This document shows, piece by piece, positions 16,639-26,216 of a DNA stretch of 64,000 bases (position 1 is the first letter of the stretch; each line of letters starts with the position of its first letter). Below the pieces are notes generated by a model. It saw nothing but the letters and a program-made list of their open reading frames with translations, did no database searches and was not told the DNA's origin. Position numbers and translations under genes: made by a program. The stretch spans positions 256,176 to 320,175 of IMG/VR virus record IMGVR_UViG_3300031857_000002. The stretch is one strand, 5' to 3'.

Positions 16639-18873
16639 TTATTTGTATTGTAAGTTCACCAGTTCTTGGTGTAATCGATCACTGGCTAGTCCACGCAACA
16701 ATCTCACATTGTCAACGTTGACTTGATTTCGATAAATCTCTCGTGGTGCATAAAAGCTCGCATCTGGCATGGCCACTGCGTATGCTTGATAACCTTGAGG
16801 TTGTGTTGCCATTGTTGCAATGTCTACTCGGCCTGCTAATTCATTTGGTTGAACATTCTTGTTTACTGCGTCTGTTTTTTGTTCTTGTGCATTTGCGTTT
16901 AATATCGCTGGACGTTGTTCCATTGCATCATTTAATGCTGACCGTCCACCCACTTTGATACCTTCATTCTGTGGAACTTCTACGTCTGGTTGTCTGTTAT
17001 TAATGCCCGGTGGTGCTTGTAAACTGTACATATCAAATTGACTCTGCATCATACTTGAGGATAACGATGCGCTTGGGTCAGCAAATACGCTTTGTGTTGC
17101 TGGACGTAGTCCACCAACATTGACCACGCTAGTTTGTGATACACTGGCTACATTTACTGCAGGTGCCTGTGATTGAATGTTAACAGTCGCAGACAATCCT
17201 GTACTTGTATTAGATTGTGTCATACTGCTAGAGATACTTTGTGTAGTTAATGTGCCTGCGACATTTTCTGCTTGTTGTTGTGCCTGTTGTGCATCTTTGG
17301 CTGCGGCTGACTCTGCGGCTTGAACCACTGTTTTGGCTTCGTTGCCTATTCTAGCTTGATTACTACTAATCATACTCATAACACTACTTAAACTAGGACT
17401 TGATTTGCTAGTGCTGTCACCTGCTGTTTTAACTTCGCCTGCTTTGGGTTGACTGCCGCCACCTTGCGGAGGAGGTTGATTTGCTGGTGTATTATTTGTA
17501 TTAGAAGCCGGCGGAGGTGGACCTTCTCGGGGAGGTGGACTACCTGGTGGCGGTTCTGAGCCTGGTGGAGGGGGAGGACTACCCGGTGGCGGTGGACTGC
17601 CAGGAGGAGGTGGAGGCTGTGTAGGATCATTCGCTGACATTCCTGTTGCAGGATCCATTGTTGAGGACTGTGTACCATCTGTAGTTGATGTGCTTGCCGG
17701 CGCAAGTTGTTTTGCTATAGCGAATGCATATCCTTTACAATTTGAACTGTATAAAGGATTAGCTATACAAGGATCAGCAGTGTAAATCATTGTTGCCCAA
17801 GCACCTTCTATAGACGAATTTGTACCTGATGCGGACCCTACAATTCTACTCGTACCCAGTAATGATTGATTCATACTTGATGGCAACAGATATTTGTCAC
17901 TAACTGATCCACTAGTGCCGTCACCTGTAAAACTATAACTCTTTGAATGTATAGACTGGTTGTTACTATTAGTAAGTGAGAATGTTGCATTTGCATATGC
18001 AGGCACGTTCATATACCATGAACACGATCCGTCTTGGTTGGTAGCAGTACATCCGTACCAACTTTGTCCAACTCTCCAATTAAACCCGTAATTAAATCCA
18101 TGTACTCTAGCACCAACACCTGCACTTTGTAATGCTGTATTAATAGCAAATGCTTGATTTAGACTAGAACCACCTTGAGTTGAATCTAATAAATTATTAG
18201 TGTTAAGAATGTTACCAAAGCCAGCACAAGTTGAACTATAAGCAGGATTACTAGCACAGGGATCAACTGAGTATTTTAATTTAGCGTATACATCAGTAAC
18301 CACCGGCCCATACAAACCAGCCCAGCCTCCCGAGTCAACACCGGAGAATGAAATGTTTAGTTTATTAAGACCAGTGAGTGTGTATGGAGTTGCAAAGGTA
18401 ACATTCTGATTTTCTTGCTGCCAGGCATATAGCCACGTGTTATAATTAAAATTCTGAGAATATACATTAGTACCTGCTGAGTTAGTTAAACTAACATTAG
18501 CACTTAATTGATCAACTATGCCATTTGAATCAGTGCAAGATTGTTCCCCACCTATTTGGTTCTTACACCAGTTAGCATACCGCCATCCATATTGTAGCCC
18601 GTTGACTACAATGCCTGTTCCATTTAAGGCTTGATTGACTGCAATTGATTGTGATACGGTGCCAGCTTGCCAACTAAATTGATAACCATAACTGCCCCCA
18701 GCGCCAAACAACCCGGGTTCACCATTTCCAGTTGCGGTCCATCCAGTAGATCCGTTGGTGAATACTGGATTGGTAATCAAATTACCAGTAATAGATATAT
18801 CTTGACTGTTAGAATAGCTTGTGAGCAAGAACGCCAAGGATAGCGCCAATGCCAACTTTCTTATAAGTGTCAT
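16639..18873 (-). CDS. Large secreted protein with duplicated beta-rich domains and Pro-rich linker
   Basis: Signal peptide; two related modules each ending DPC..NP.YS..C; PPPPGS repeats; low-complexity C-half. Confidence 0.75.
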   Translation of the reverse strand: MTLIRKLALALSLAFLLTSYSNSQDISITGNLITNPVFTNGSTGWTATGNGEPGLFGAGGSYGYQFSWQAGTVSQSIAVNQALNGTGIVVNGLQYGWRYANWCKNQIGGEQSCTDSNGIVDQLSANVSLTNSAGTNVYSQNFNYNTWLYAWQQENQNVTFATPYTLTGLNKLNISFSGVDSGGWAGLYGPVVTDVYAKLKYSVDPCASNPAYSSTCAGFGNILNTNNLLDSTQGGSSLNQAFAINTALQSAGVGARVHGFNYGFNWRVGQSWYGCTATNQDGSCSWYMNVPAYANATFSLTNSNNQSIHSKSYSFTGDGTSGSVSDKYLLPSSMNQSLLGTSRIVGSASGTNSSIEGAWATMIYTADPCIANPLYSSNCKGYAFAIAKQLAPASTSTTDGTQSSTMDPATGMSANDPTQPPPPPGSPPPPGSPPPPPGSEPPPGSPPPREGPPPPASNTNNTPANQPPPQGGGSQPKAGEVKTAGDSTSKSSPSLSSVMSMISSNQARIGNEAKTVVQAAESAAAKDAQQAQQQAENVAGTLTTQSISSSMTQSNTSTGLSATVNIQSQAPAVNVASVSQTSVVNVGGLRPATQSVFADPSASLSSSMMQSQFDMYSLQAPPGINNRQPDVEVPQNEGIKVGGRSALNDAMEQRPAILNANAQEQKTDAVNKNVQPNELAGRVDIATMATQPQGYQAYAVAMPDASFYAPREIYRNQVNVDNVRLLRGLASDRLHQELVNLQYK

Positions 18874-19939
18874 CTAATTTTACCTCATCCAACTTTGGAA
18901 TCTTGTGTGGATTAGCTTCCCAACTTGCCTTGGCTTGTTCACCAATCTTGCCTTCGTATGGGCAAGGTGTACCGGCTGCCAACATAGCGTCAAACACACG
19001 ACGGTCTTGACACATGGTAGCAACTGCGGCTACCTTCATTCCCATGTCGTATAGTGTCTTTGAGAGTTTCAATCGTTCACAATTCATATCACGTACGGTA
19101 CCACCTGAACTAACACCAAATACTTGTGTCTGAACTGATCCAGAACTACCTGTACTACATAGGTCAGCGTTACCACCTGACAGCATAGCAGGTGCTACCG
19201 CAGTAGGCGGAGGTTGAATAACACGTTGCGTAATCTCAGTTTGATTAATATTCTTGTTGGTTAACTCACCTTGCTGAATATTTGTGTTAACTGAATTATT
19301 TTGATTAACATTATTGTTAACTGAAGTACTTGTAGAATTATTAATATTACGATTGGTCATATCACCAGTGTTAACGTTGTTGTTGGTAGAGGTACTGGTG
19401 CTGACATTGTTGTTGTTATTTGTAGCTGTGCTGGTACTCACATTGTTGTTGTTATATGTCATTGTACCAGTATTTTCGTTTTTGTTGATATTGGTATTGT
19501 TGCTGGTACTGGTGCTGACATTGTTGTTGTTGTATGTCATTGTTCCAGAGTTGATGTTGTTATTGGTATAAGTCATTGATCCTGAATTCACATTGTTATT
19601 GTTAACAGTGCTTGTACCGCTATTGATGTTGTTATTTGTGTTTACACTGGTACTGTTGTTATTGTTAGTATTTGCACTGGTACTATTAACTGTGGCTGCG
19701 CTGGTACTGGTACTGTTGCTGTTGGTATTGCTGTTTGAAGTAACTGTGCTGGTGCTGTTGCTGGTGCTGTTGGTATCAACCAGGGTTTTTGAGTCGTAGG
19801 TACCTTGGTTGATTAATGTACTTGTGCCAGTGGTTGTTCCACCAGCTGTACTAGATGTAGTGGTTGTTTGTGCTGTGGCAGTGACCACAAGCACAAGGCT
19901 GGCTAGGCCTATGGCAATTCTTTTTATCATCGTACTCAC
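18809..19939 (-). CDS. Secreted Asn/Thr/Ser-repeat protein with Cys-rich C-terminal domain
   Basis: Signal peptide, ~200 aa N/T/S repeats, PPPTAVAP...DLC...NCERLKLSK...MC...GTPCP. Confidence 0.8.
   Translation of the reverse strand: MSTMIKRIAIGLASLVLVVTATAQTTTTSSTAGGTTTGTSTLINQGTYDSKTLVDTNSTSNSTSTVTSNSNTNSNSTSTSAATVNSTSANTNNNNSTSVNTNNNINSGTSTVNNNNVNSGSMTYTNNNINSGTMTYNNNNVSTSTSNNTNINKNENTGTMTYNNNNVSTSTATNNNNNVSTSTSTNNNVNTGDMTNRNINNSTSTSVNNNVNQNNSVNTNIQQGELTNKNINQTEITQRVIQPPPTAVAPAMLSGGNADLCSTGSSGSVQTQVFGVSSGGTVRDMNCERLKLSKTLYDMGMKVAAVATMCQDRRVFDAMLAAGTPCPYEGKIGEQAKASWEANPHKIPKLDEVKLDDTYKKVGIGAILGVLAHKLF
19290..19760 (-). repeat. Coding tandem repeats (N[ST]G[ST]MTYxNNN[IV]; STSTSTNNNV)
   Basis: GTT/GGT-rich imperfect repeats visible in DNA and protein. 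Confidence 0.8.
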
Positions 19940-19994
19940 CTTATAATTATTATGTTAATATTTATTGCTCTAGAACAAAGAAATAGTGAGCATA

Positions 19995-20013
19995 AAAAAG
20001 CCCCTTTCGGGGC
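19995..20013 (-). terminator. Terminator hairpin downstream of pstS
   Basis: AGCCCCGAAAGGGGCTTTTTT on minus strand. Confidence 0.75.
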
Positions 20014-20059
20014 TAGTGCTAGTTACGAGTTCTAGCCGTACTCTATTTTTGTACGCGGT

Positions 20060-21061
20060 TTACTTGATCTGTGTCCAAACACGCTCACGGATCTGCTTTG
20101 TTAAACTGTCTGGCAGTGCCACATAGTCTAAGTCTGCGGCATCTTTCTTGCCATTCTTGAATGCCCAATCAAAGAATTTTAGTACTTCATCGCTGGTGGC
20201 TTTGCTCTTTGGCTCTTTGTACATGATGATGAAACTGGCTGAACTTACTGGCCAAGCATTGGGGTTCTTTTGATCCACAATGCTCAATCCCATACCAGGA
20301 ACACTAAACCAATCAGCACCGTCTGCCGCGGCTGCAAATGTTAGGTCATCTGGGCTAACATATTTGCCTGACTTGTTTTGTAACTGTAGGAATACCATAT
20401 TGTTTTTCTTAACATAAGCATACTCTACATAACCAATTGAACCTTTGATACGGTTCACATTGGCAGCAACACCTTCATTGCCCTTGCCCCCTACACTATT
20501 TGGTGAGGGCCATTTAACTGCGGCACCACGACCTACTTTAGCTAGCCACTCAGGACTTACTGTAGCAAGATAGTCGGTCCAGTTGAATGTGGTGCCAGAA
20601 CCGTCGGCACGGTGAACCACTGTGATCAGTTCGTTAGGCAAATTTTTGCCTGGATTCAATGCCACCAACTTAGGATCATTCCATCTAGCAATAGTACCCA
20701 TGAATACTTCAGCCATAACTGGGCCGGTGATACGTAGTTCTCCAGGCTTGACGCCGTCTAAGTTAACTACTGGAACAGTGCCGCCAATGATGGCAGGAAA
20801 TTGAACCTGACCGTTTTTGTCTAGGTCTTCACCTTTGACTGGAGCATCAGTTGCACCAAAGTCTACGGTCTTTGCGTTGATTTGTCTAATGCCACCTGAA
20901 CTACCAATGCTTTGATAGTTCAAACTGTTGCCAGTTGCTTTCTTGTATCCTTCTGCCCATTTAGAATAGATAGGCATTGGAAAAGTTGCACCAGCACCTG
21001 TAATGTCTGCGTTTGCTGAAAATGTTACTGCGGTTAATAAGATTGCTAGTAGTTTGTTCAC
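20060..21061 (-). CDS. pstS: Phosphate ABC transporter substrate-binding protein
   Basis: Signal peptide, ITGAGATFP, YQSIGSSGG, DFGATD, HRADGSGTT, GKGNEGVA; GTG start with SD AAGGAG. Confidence 0.97.
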   Translation of the reverse strand: MNKLLAILLTAVTFSANADITGAGATFPMPIYSKWAEGYKKATGNSLNYQSIGSSGGIRQINAKTVDFGATDAPVKGEDLDKNGQVQFPAIIGGTVPVVNLDGVKPGELRITGPVMAEVFMGTIARWNDPKLVALNPGKNLPNELITVVHRADGSGTTFNWTDYLATVSPEWLAKVGRGAAVKWPSPNSVGGKGNEGVAANVNRIKGSIGYVEYAYVKKNNMVFLQLQNKSGKYVSPDDLTFAAAADGADWFSVPGMGLSIVDQKNPNAWPVSSASFIIMYKEPKSKATSDEVLKFFDWAFKNGKKDAADLDYVALPDSLTKQIRERVWTQIK

Positions 21062-21103
21062 TGAGTTCTCCTTGTTGTGACAAGATTATTTAAGGAGAAT
21101 AAT

Positions 21104-21121
21104 ATTACAGTTTTATTACAA
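21104..21121 (-). promoter_or_regulatory. Pho box upstream of pstS
   Basis: TTGTAAT-AAAA-CTGTAAT (11-bp period; consensus CTGTCAT-A(A/T)A(A/T)-CTGTCA(C/T)), then 10 nt, then TTAAATAAT. Confidence 0.75.
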
Positions 21122-21123
21122 AA

Positions 21124-21846
21124 TTATGACCAATATTTGGATGAATCTAAACTGTCCCAGTATTTCTTGTTATTTCGGTTAATAAAGTTCTTGATTAGAT
21201 ACTTGCCCATTCCAAGATATCCCATCTTCTTGAATCTACGACTATCCTGTCCAAAGTGATGTCGAACAATTTTAAACTTTCGAGGACTATACTTCCTTGA
21301 CAAAAAGTAATCCTCAGAGGTTGCAAACTGTTCAGGAAACCCGCCAAACTCGTCAAACTTATCTTTGCGTGTTAGCATGAATGCACCAACTGCAAAAGGT
21401 GAGAAAAATTTCAGTGTGTGATTTATGGTATTAAAAAGAGTGAATCCAACTATGGCCCGCATGTCACGATCATAACATTTGATGTTTAGCCCAACCAGGT
21501 CTAGATTCTTTGATTGAATTTTGTCAACTGCATCTTGAATCACAGTATTTTTAAAGAAGCGAACGTCAGCGTCAATAAACAAGATATAAGGAGTAGTGAC
21601 TAATCTTGCTCCGTTGTTCTTGGCAACACTAACAGGGCCACCATCAATGATTTCAACGTTCAATCCTGAGCTGTTATCTTGTATAACTTGTCTAGTATTG
21701 TCAGATGAACAATCAGCAATAATAATTCTAGTGTCACCAATGTTTTGTGCTCGCAATGAGTTTAACAAATGATGAATATAATTTTCTTCATTCTTGCAAG
21801 GTACTACTATAGTGATTTTGTCACTTAATTTTGTTGTCGTTTGCAT
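21124..21846 (-). CDS. Glycosyltransferase family 2
   Basis: TIVVPCKNEE, IIADCSSDNT, AKNNGA, ILFIDAD, SED. Confidence 0.9.
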   Translation of the reverse strand: MQTTTKLSDKITIVVPCKNEENYIHHLLNSLRAQNIGDTRIIIADCSSDNTRQVIQDNSSGLNVEIIDGGPVSVAKNNGARLVTTPYILFIDADVRFFKNTVIQDAVDKIQSKNLDLVGLNIKCYDRDMRAIVGFTLFNTINHTLKFFSPFAVGAFMLTRKDKFDEFGGFPEQFATSEDYFLSRKYSPRKFKIVRHHFGQDSRRFKKMGYLGMGKYLIKNFINRNNKKYWDSLDSSKYWS

Positions 21847-22001
21847 TGTCCTTCAACCTTAAAATTGTTAAATTTTAACTGCCACTTCATTGACGCCAGT
21901 GTCATTTCGCAACTGATCTGGTCCTTGAATGCCAGTTCTATTCTTCCTGGCACGTCCTGAGGATTGTTCACGTGAACCGCTATTAATATCAGTAACCACA
22001 T
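21825..22001 (-). CDS. 58-aa peptide with hydrophobic N-terminus, overlapping the phosphoesterase 3' end
   Basis: MWLLILIAVHVNNPQD...C..........C; bridges phosphoesterase and GT2. Confidence 0.5.
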   Translation of the reverse strand: MWLLILIAVHVNNPQDVPGRIELAFKDQISCEMTLASMKWQLKFNNFKVEGQCKRQQN

Positions 22002-22749
22002 TGTCTTTCTCCCGAGTCCAAGTAATGATTTCCCAATGGCCATCCCAGTGTTCTACAAGTGCTGTACATGATTCAACCCAGTCGCCATCATTCATGTATG
22101 TTACACCGTTGATTTCTTTTATTTCTGCATGGTGTATGTGTCCACAGATCACGCCATCAAATCCACGCTTCTTGCAATAGTCTGCTAGATTTTCTTCAAA
22201 CTTGAATATAAAGTCTACTGCTTTTTTAACTTTGTGCTTAAGAAACTTGCTAAGGCTAAAGTACCCAAAACCCAAGCGACGACGAATCCAATTAAATTTA
22301 TTGTTGAGGCCAAGAACAAAGTCATAGGCTTTATCTCCTAAGAATGCTATCCAAGGTGCCAGTCTAGTAATACCATCAAACAAGTCACCGTGGACAACTA
22401 AGTAGTGCTTACCATCAGCACCTATATGTTCTATTTGATTGTGTATTTCTATTAGACCAAAACTGAAACCATAGGGTATCATGGGTCTTAGGAATTCATC
22501 GTGATTGCCTGCAATGAATACAACTCTAGTGCCACGCTTGGCATGACCTAGCACACGACGAACAACATTGGTGTGGCTCTGTTTCCAACGCCATTTGTTT
22601 TGTTGTATACGCCAGGCGTCGATGATATCCCCTACCAGGTAGAGTGTATCACATGAGTTGTGTTTGAGAAAGTTATTGAGGCGATCGGCTTGACAATCTT
22701 TGGTTCCAAGATGGACATCACTGACAAAGATTGAGCGATATGTCTTCAT
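21868..22749 (-). CDS. Metallophosphoesterase of LpxH-like/PlcP (phospholipase C) type
   Basis: YRSIFVSDVHLGT..CQA, LVGDIID.W, GNHDEFLR, HGDLFD, GHIHH, NDGDWVESCTAL.E. Confidence 0.8.
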   Translation of the reverse strand: MKTYRSIFVSDVHLGTKDCQADRLNNFLKHNSCDTLYLVGDIIDAWRIQQNKWRWKQSHTNVVRRVLGHAKRGTRVVFIAGNHDEFLRPMIPYGFSFGLIEIHNQIEHIGADGKHYLVVHGDLFDGITRLAPWIAFLGDKAYDFVLGLNNKFNWIRRRLGFGYFSLSKFLKHKVKKAVDFIFKFEENLADYCKKRGFDGVICGHIHHAEIKEINGVTYMNDGDWVESCTALVEHWDGHWEIITWTREKDNVVTDINSGSREQSSGRARKNRTGIQGPDQLRNDTGVNEVAVKI

Positions 22750-22770
22750 CTATTATTTAAGATGATGACT

Positions 22771-22788
22771 ATTACAATTTTATTACAG
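22771..22788 (-). promoter_or_regulatory. Pho box upstream of PlcP-like/GT2 operon
   Basis: CTGTAAT-AAAA-TTGTAAT, then 10 nt, then TTAAATAAT: same geometry as pstS box. Confidence 0.75.
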
Positions 22789-22796
22789 AAACTAGA

Positions 22797-23450
22797 CTAC
22801 TCAGGTACTCTGGTCCAGGCTATGAGTGCTCGTTTGCCCGGGATACCATTTGCTAGAAAGTTGTCACTGGTGTGAAACTTGAATCTAGCGGCAGCAAACA
22901 TACTGCCTTTCTTCCACTTGAAGATATCTTCTATGGTAAACCAGTCAAACAAATCACCGGGAATGTGACTGAAATACTGTTGTCTTGTGGCAGCATCTAT
23001 TGTGGGATTTTCATACGGCGGCACATCTTTTGTGTACTCATGTGGTTCTTTGATGATGCTGCCTTCCTTGAACACTATGGTATGGCTGTCATAGGTGTCC
23101 AAGGGAATGATCAAGGTCCAAGCGGGCACAGTGGGTTCGGGACTTTTTTTCCAGCCACTGGCCACATCGCTGTGAACTCGATAAGGATCAACACAGTCAA
23201 AAATGTGTATTTGTTCAAAGAACAGGTCCTGACCAAATGCCTCTTGAAACTTGGGTGCCAGTATTTCAACTACCTTGGCAAAGTGTGAGTCATAGTAATC
23301 AAACACATAATAGTCACCGGACTTGACAATTTCTCCTGACGGCGTGGGGTTGAAATTTTCATGCGGCTTCACTGCCATGACCATGGATTCAATAGTGTCT
23401 ATTTCAGCATCAGACAAAAAGTTGTCAATAATTTTTGAGTCAAAGTTCAT
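22797..23450 (-). CDS. Putative 2OG-Fe(II) oxygenase-fold protein
   Basis: RVHSD (HxD), TLIIPLD, distal KFHTSD; start MNFD 5 nt after TAAATA. Confidence 0.5.
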   Translation of the reverse strand: MNFDSKIIDNFLSDAEIDTIESMVMAVKPHENFNPTPSGEIVKSGDYYVFDYYDSHFAKVVEILAPKFQEAFGQDLFFEQIHIFDCVDPYRVHSDVASGWKKSPEPTVPAWTLIIPLDTYDSHTIVFKEGSIIKEPHEYTKDVPPYENPTIDAATRQQYFSHIPGDLFDWFTIEDIFKWKKGSMFAAARFKFHTSDNFLANGIPGKRALIAWTRVPE

Positions 23451-23458
23451 GTGCATAT

Positions 23459-23746
23459 TTACATCAACATACGAATCAGACCCACACTGTCAATAGTGGT
23501 CAACAGTATATAGTTAGCCAGCATGCCAAAAGATTTCCTAGTCCAACTAGCCCAAGCATACAAACCACAGCCAAGGATCCACACAGGGTAAAGAGCAAGA
23601 AGCGGAGGCGTGGGTACGGTAAGTGCCATGACAATTGAACAACCAATACTAATACCCCAAGCAAGCAACTCAATAACAAAGCGAGTTCGGTTGGACTTAA
23701 AATCATCTCGTATCCAGTCAAATGTGTTAAGCAATATATCGTTCAT
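23459..23746 (-). CDS. Small multi-TM membrane protein
   Basis: Three hydrophobic segments in 95 aa. Confidence 0.65.
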   Translation of the reverse strand: MNDILLNTFDWIRDDFKSNRTRFVIELLAWGISIGCSIVMALTVPTPPLLALYPVWILGCGLYAWASWTRKSFGMLANYILLTTIDSVGLIRMLM

Positions 23747-24746
23747 AAACTTGTTCGCTGGCTAAATTCTTGCCTTTGGCTTCGCATTGAATATCAAAGT
23801 TGTTAGCAAAGGTCAGAGCCCAATCAGTCACAGCGTCATTCCAATAGAAGTCGCTGTGGGCTCGTAGTTTCTGTTTCTTATAACCTCTAGCAAGAAGTTC
23901 AGCAAGATCGGGTCTAGTTCCTCGGTCATGGTCAACCAAAACGTCCTCGCGACTAACACTATAATGAAGTGCAGGACGAGTGCCGCGCCAAGAGTCAATA
24001 ACCCGCTTGACGCGATCGTCCTGCGCGGTGATGTACTCTCCCGAGTTAATCCAGTGGTGGTGTAGGTCCAATACAAGAGCCACATGCTGAGCCACAGCCA
24101 AAGTAGTGTCAAGTCCATTTGTCATCTCATCATTCTCGATGGTAATTAAGTTTCTTGCTTCGGGGCTGAGTCTACCCAAAGTACGCAAGAATTTAGCGGG
24201 ACCACCTTTACCGCTCAAGTGTACGTTGATCTTAAAGCCGTTATCGTGCCAGGTATTACCATAACCCATCCAACGTGCCATATCAGCGTGGTATTCAAAT
24301 TCTAGTATGCTACGTTCTACAATCTCATCTGCTTCGCTTGCTAGTACACAAAACTGGCCAGGATGAAAGCTCAAACGCACACCGTATTTACGTGCGGCTT
24401 CGCCAATTGGGGCAAAAATCTTTGCACAGTGATCCTGAATTTCTTGGCGTTGCCACCATGCAATCCAGTTGGGCTCAGTGTAGCCCTGTAGCATTTCGCT
24501 ACCAAGACGTACCATTCTACGTTCAACGGGCAATGTGGCCACACGTTCAATCATCCGCACAGCCGCTGACGCATTGTGATTCATGATGTCCCATTGTCTC
24601 TGGTCTGCTTCGTTGGCATGTTCGCGAAGCCACCTCATGGTAGTTGATCTGCCGTTTAGGTCACGGTCCACTGCGTTGACTTTCATGCCACCACATTCAG
24701 TAGGGTCATTAAGCCATTTGCAACAAAAGCCAATTCGTGTGTTCAT
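23727..24746 (-). CDS. uvsE: UV DNA damage endonuclease
   Basis: RIGFCC, RLGSE, RLSFHPGQF.VL.S, INVHLSG, ITIENDE, VLDLHHH, HYS, AHSD, CEAKGK. Confidence 0.93.
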   Translation of the reverse strand: MNTRIGFCCKWLNDPTECGGMKVNAVDRDLNGRSTTMRWLREHANEADQRQWDIMNHNASAAVRMIERVATLPVERRMVRLGSEMLQGYTEPNWIAWWQRQEIQDHCAKIFAPIGEAARKYGVRLSFHPGQFCVLASEADEIVERSILEFEYHADMARWMGYGNTWHDNGFKINVHLSGKGGPAKFLRTLGRLSPEARNLITIENDEMTNGLDTTLAVAQHVALVLDLHHHWINSGEYITAQDDRVKRVIDSWRGTRPALHYSVSREDVLVDHDRGTRPDLAELLARGYKKQKLRAHSDFYWNDAVTDWALTFANNFDIQCEAKGKNLASEQVYERYIA

Positions 24747-24752
24747 ATGAGT

Positions 24753-24781
24753 ATTATATACTCAATTGTACAAAAAGTCAA
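24753..24781 (-). promoter_or_regulatory. sigma70 promoter giving leaderless uvsE mRNA
   Basis: TTGACT-17-TATAAT, ATG 6 nt downstream, no SD. Confidence 0.75.
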
Positions 24782-25701
24782 CTTCTTGCTTGCCGAACTA
24801 GATCTAATGTGACGCAATGGAATCCACCACCCAATGTTCGACTGTGACGTAGTTCCAACGGAATTACCGTAAATCGATAACTTTCCAGTGTTTTGATCAA
24901 TTCGGTTTGGTGCCGGTCCACAATCACAGTTTCTGGATCCACTGTAAGCATGTTCATTGCTATCCATTTTGAAGCATACGGATAGCCGTAAAAACTCTGT
25001 GGTACTACATTGTTAATCCAAATCTTTTGCCAACCTTCAAACACCCGTGGCACATTATCAAAATTCACACGACTGGCATTGAGCATGACCAGGCCTTCAC
25101 GCAGGGCCACAATAGTTGAATCAATGTGAACTCCGGCATAAAAATTGCACATCTCTATTGTGACATTGGGAAATTGATCGCATAACCAATTGTAAGCTGA
25201 TTTGCTGCCTGATGCACTTTCCAAGAACAGCATCTTGTTTGGGCCCAAACGCAACACATTGGCAGCATCTAATACCATGTCACCGCCACGTGGCATGTGT
25301 CGGATTTCGCCAGCATAGGTCAATATGTCGTGATAGCACTGATATTCCATGTCTCTACAGGGATACATCATAGCAGGGTCAATCACTACATCACCGTGTA
25401 CAATAAACCGATCTCTAGGACAATAGTTGTACAAGCCATCGTGGGCCTGAAAATTCATGTTCTCTGGGCGTAGTACTTCTACACCCAAGTTACCCAGTGT
25501 GTTGGCCAAGGTATCTAGATCTTCATTGGCTTCGTCTATGATCCAGTCTGGCACAGGTCCTGACGGCACAGGTGATTCTGTCCATGTGGTCTTTTGGCTC
25601 TCCAAGCTAAACACAGGATCGTGAACGGGCCAATTGGCGTGATCTGCACGACCAACCACAATCTTTTTCAGTGGATCCCACTCATTAAATGTGCTTATCA
25701 T
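24778..25701 (-). CDS. Amidinotransferase (pentein family; glycine/inosamine-phosphate amidinotransferase-like)
   Basis: STFNEWDPLKKIVVG, YNYCPRD, LDAANV, HIDST, LGGGFHCVT.D. Confidence 0.88.
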   Translation of the reverse strand: MISTFNEWDPLKKIVVGRADHANWPVHDPVFSLESQKTTWTESPVPSGPVPDWIIDEANEDLDTLANTLGNLGVEVLRPENMNFQAHDGLYNYCPRDRFIVHGDVVIDPAMMYPCRDMEYQCYHDILTYAGEIRHMPRGGDMVLDAANVLRLGPNKMLFLESASGSKSAYNWLCDQFPNVTIEMCNFYAGVHIDSTIVALREGLVMLNASRVNFDNVPRVFEGWQKIWINNVVPQSFYGYPYASKWIAMNMLTVDPETVIVDRHQTELIKTLESYRFTVIPLELRHSRTLGGGFHCVTLDLVRQARS

Positions 25702-26216
25702 ACGTGTCCTGTAATTTGCAATGTATATCGATCTTCCAGCCCAATATTGGCAGCCATGTGTGGTGCATCGTACACCCATTCTACAGTTGTACCTGCTGTC
25801 CATTTTACATAAGGCTGACCAATAACTTCTAGGTAGTGCCCTGATTGCCAGTCCTCTAACAACACTAATGCACGTCGGATTGACTGTTCTTGTCCTTGCA
25901 GATTAAACAATTCAATGTAACGTTTGTACAGGTCTTGATGTACCGGCATTACAGTACCTGTGGGCATGCGATAAAACGCAAGACCAATATCTTTCCATCC
26001 CATCTCAGTATAGATCTTAATAAACTTATCAGCCCATGCTGGTAAACGATGGCGCATGTCGCAAAGATCCCCGCATATTTTAGTGTGATATCCTTGTGCT
26101 AACCACTGAGACACGCTGACAGGATCGTTAAAAGGCTCCTGAATGTAATCAAGAGCCTTAAACTCATCGTCCCAGAATACAGGAAGATGATACTTATTGA
26201 CCACGTGTGTTGCCAT
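25698..26216 (-). CDS. 2OG-Fe(II) oxygenase (Asp/Asn beta-hydroxylase-like)
   Basis: GTVMPVHQD, W..G, PHMAANIG..DRYTLQITG. Confidence 0.7.
   Translation of the reverse strand: MATHVVNKYHLPVFWDDEFKALDYIQEPFNDPVSVSQWLAQGYHTKICGDLCDMRHRLPAWADKFIKIYTEMGWKDIGLAFYRMPTGTVMPVHQDLYKRYIELFNLQGQEQSIRRALVLLEDWQSGHYLEVIGQPYVKWTAGTTVEWVYDAPHMAANIGLEDRYTLQITGHV

Noticed and set aside
19314-19799. Leu/Val-rich plus-strand ORFs
   Set aside because: Antisense shadows of the Asn/Thr repeat gene
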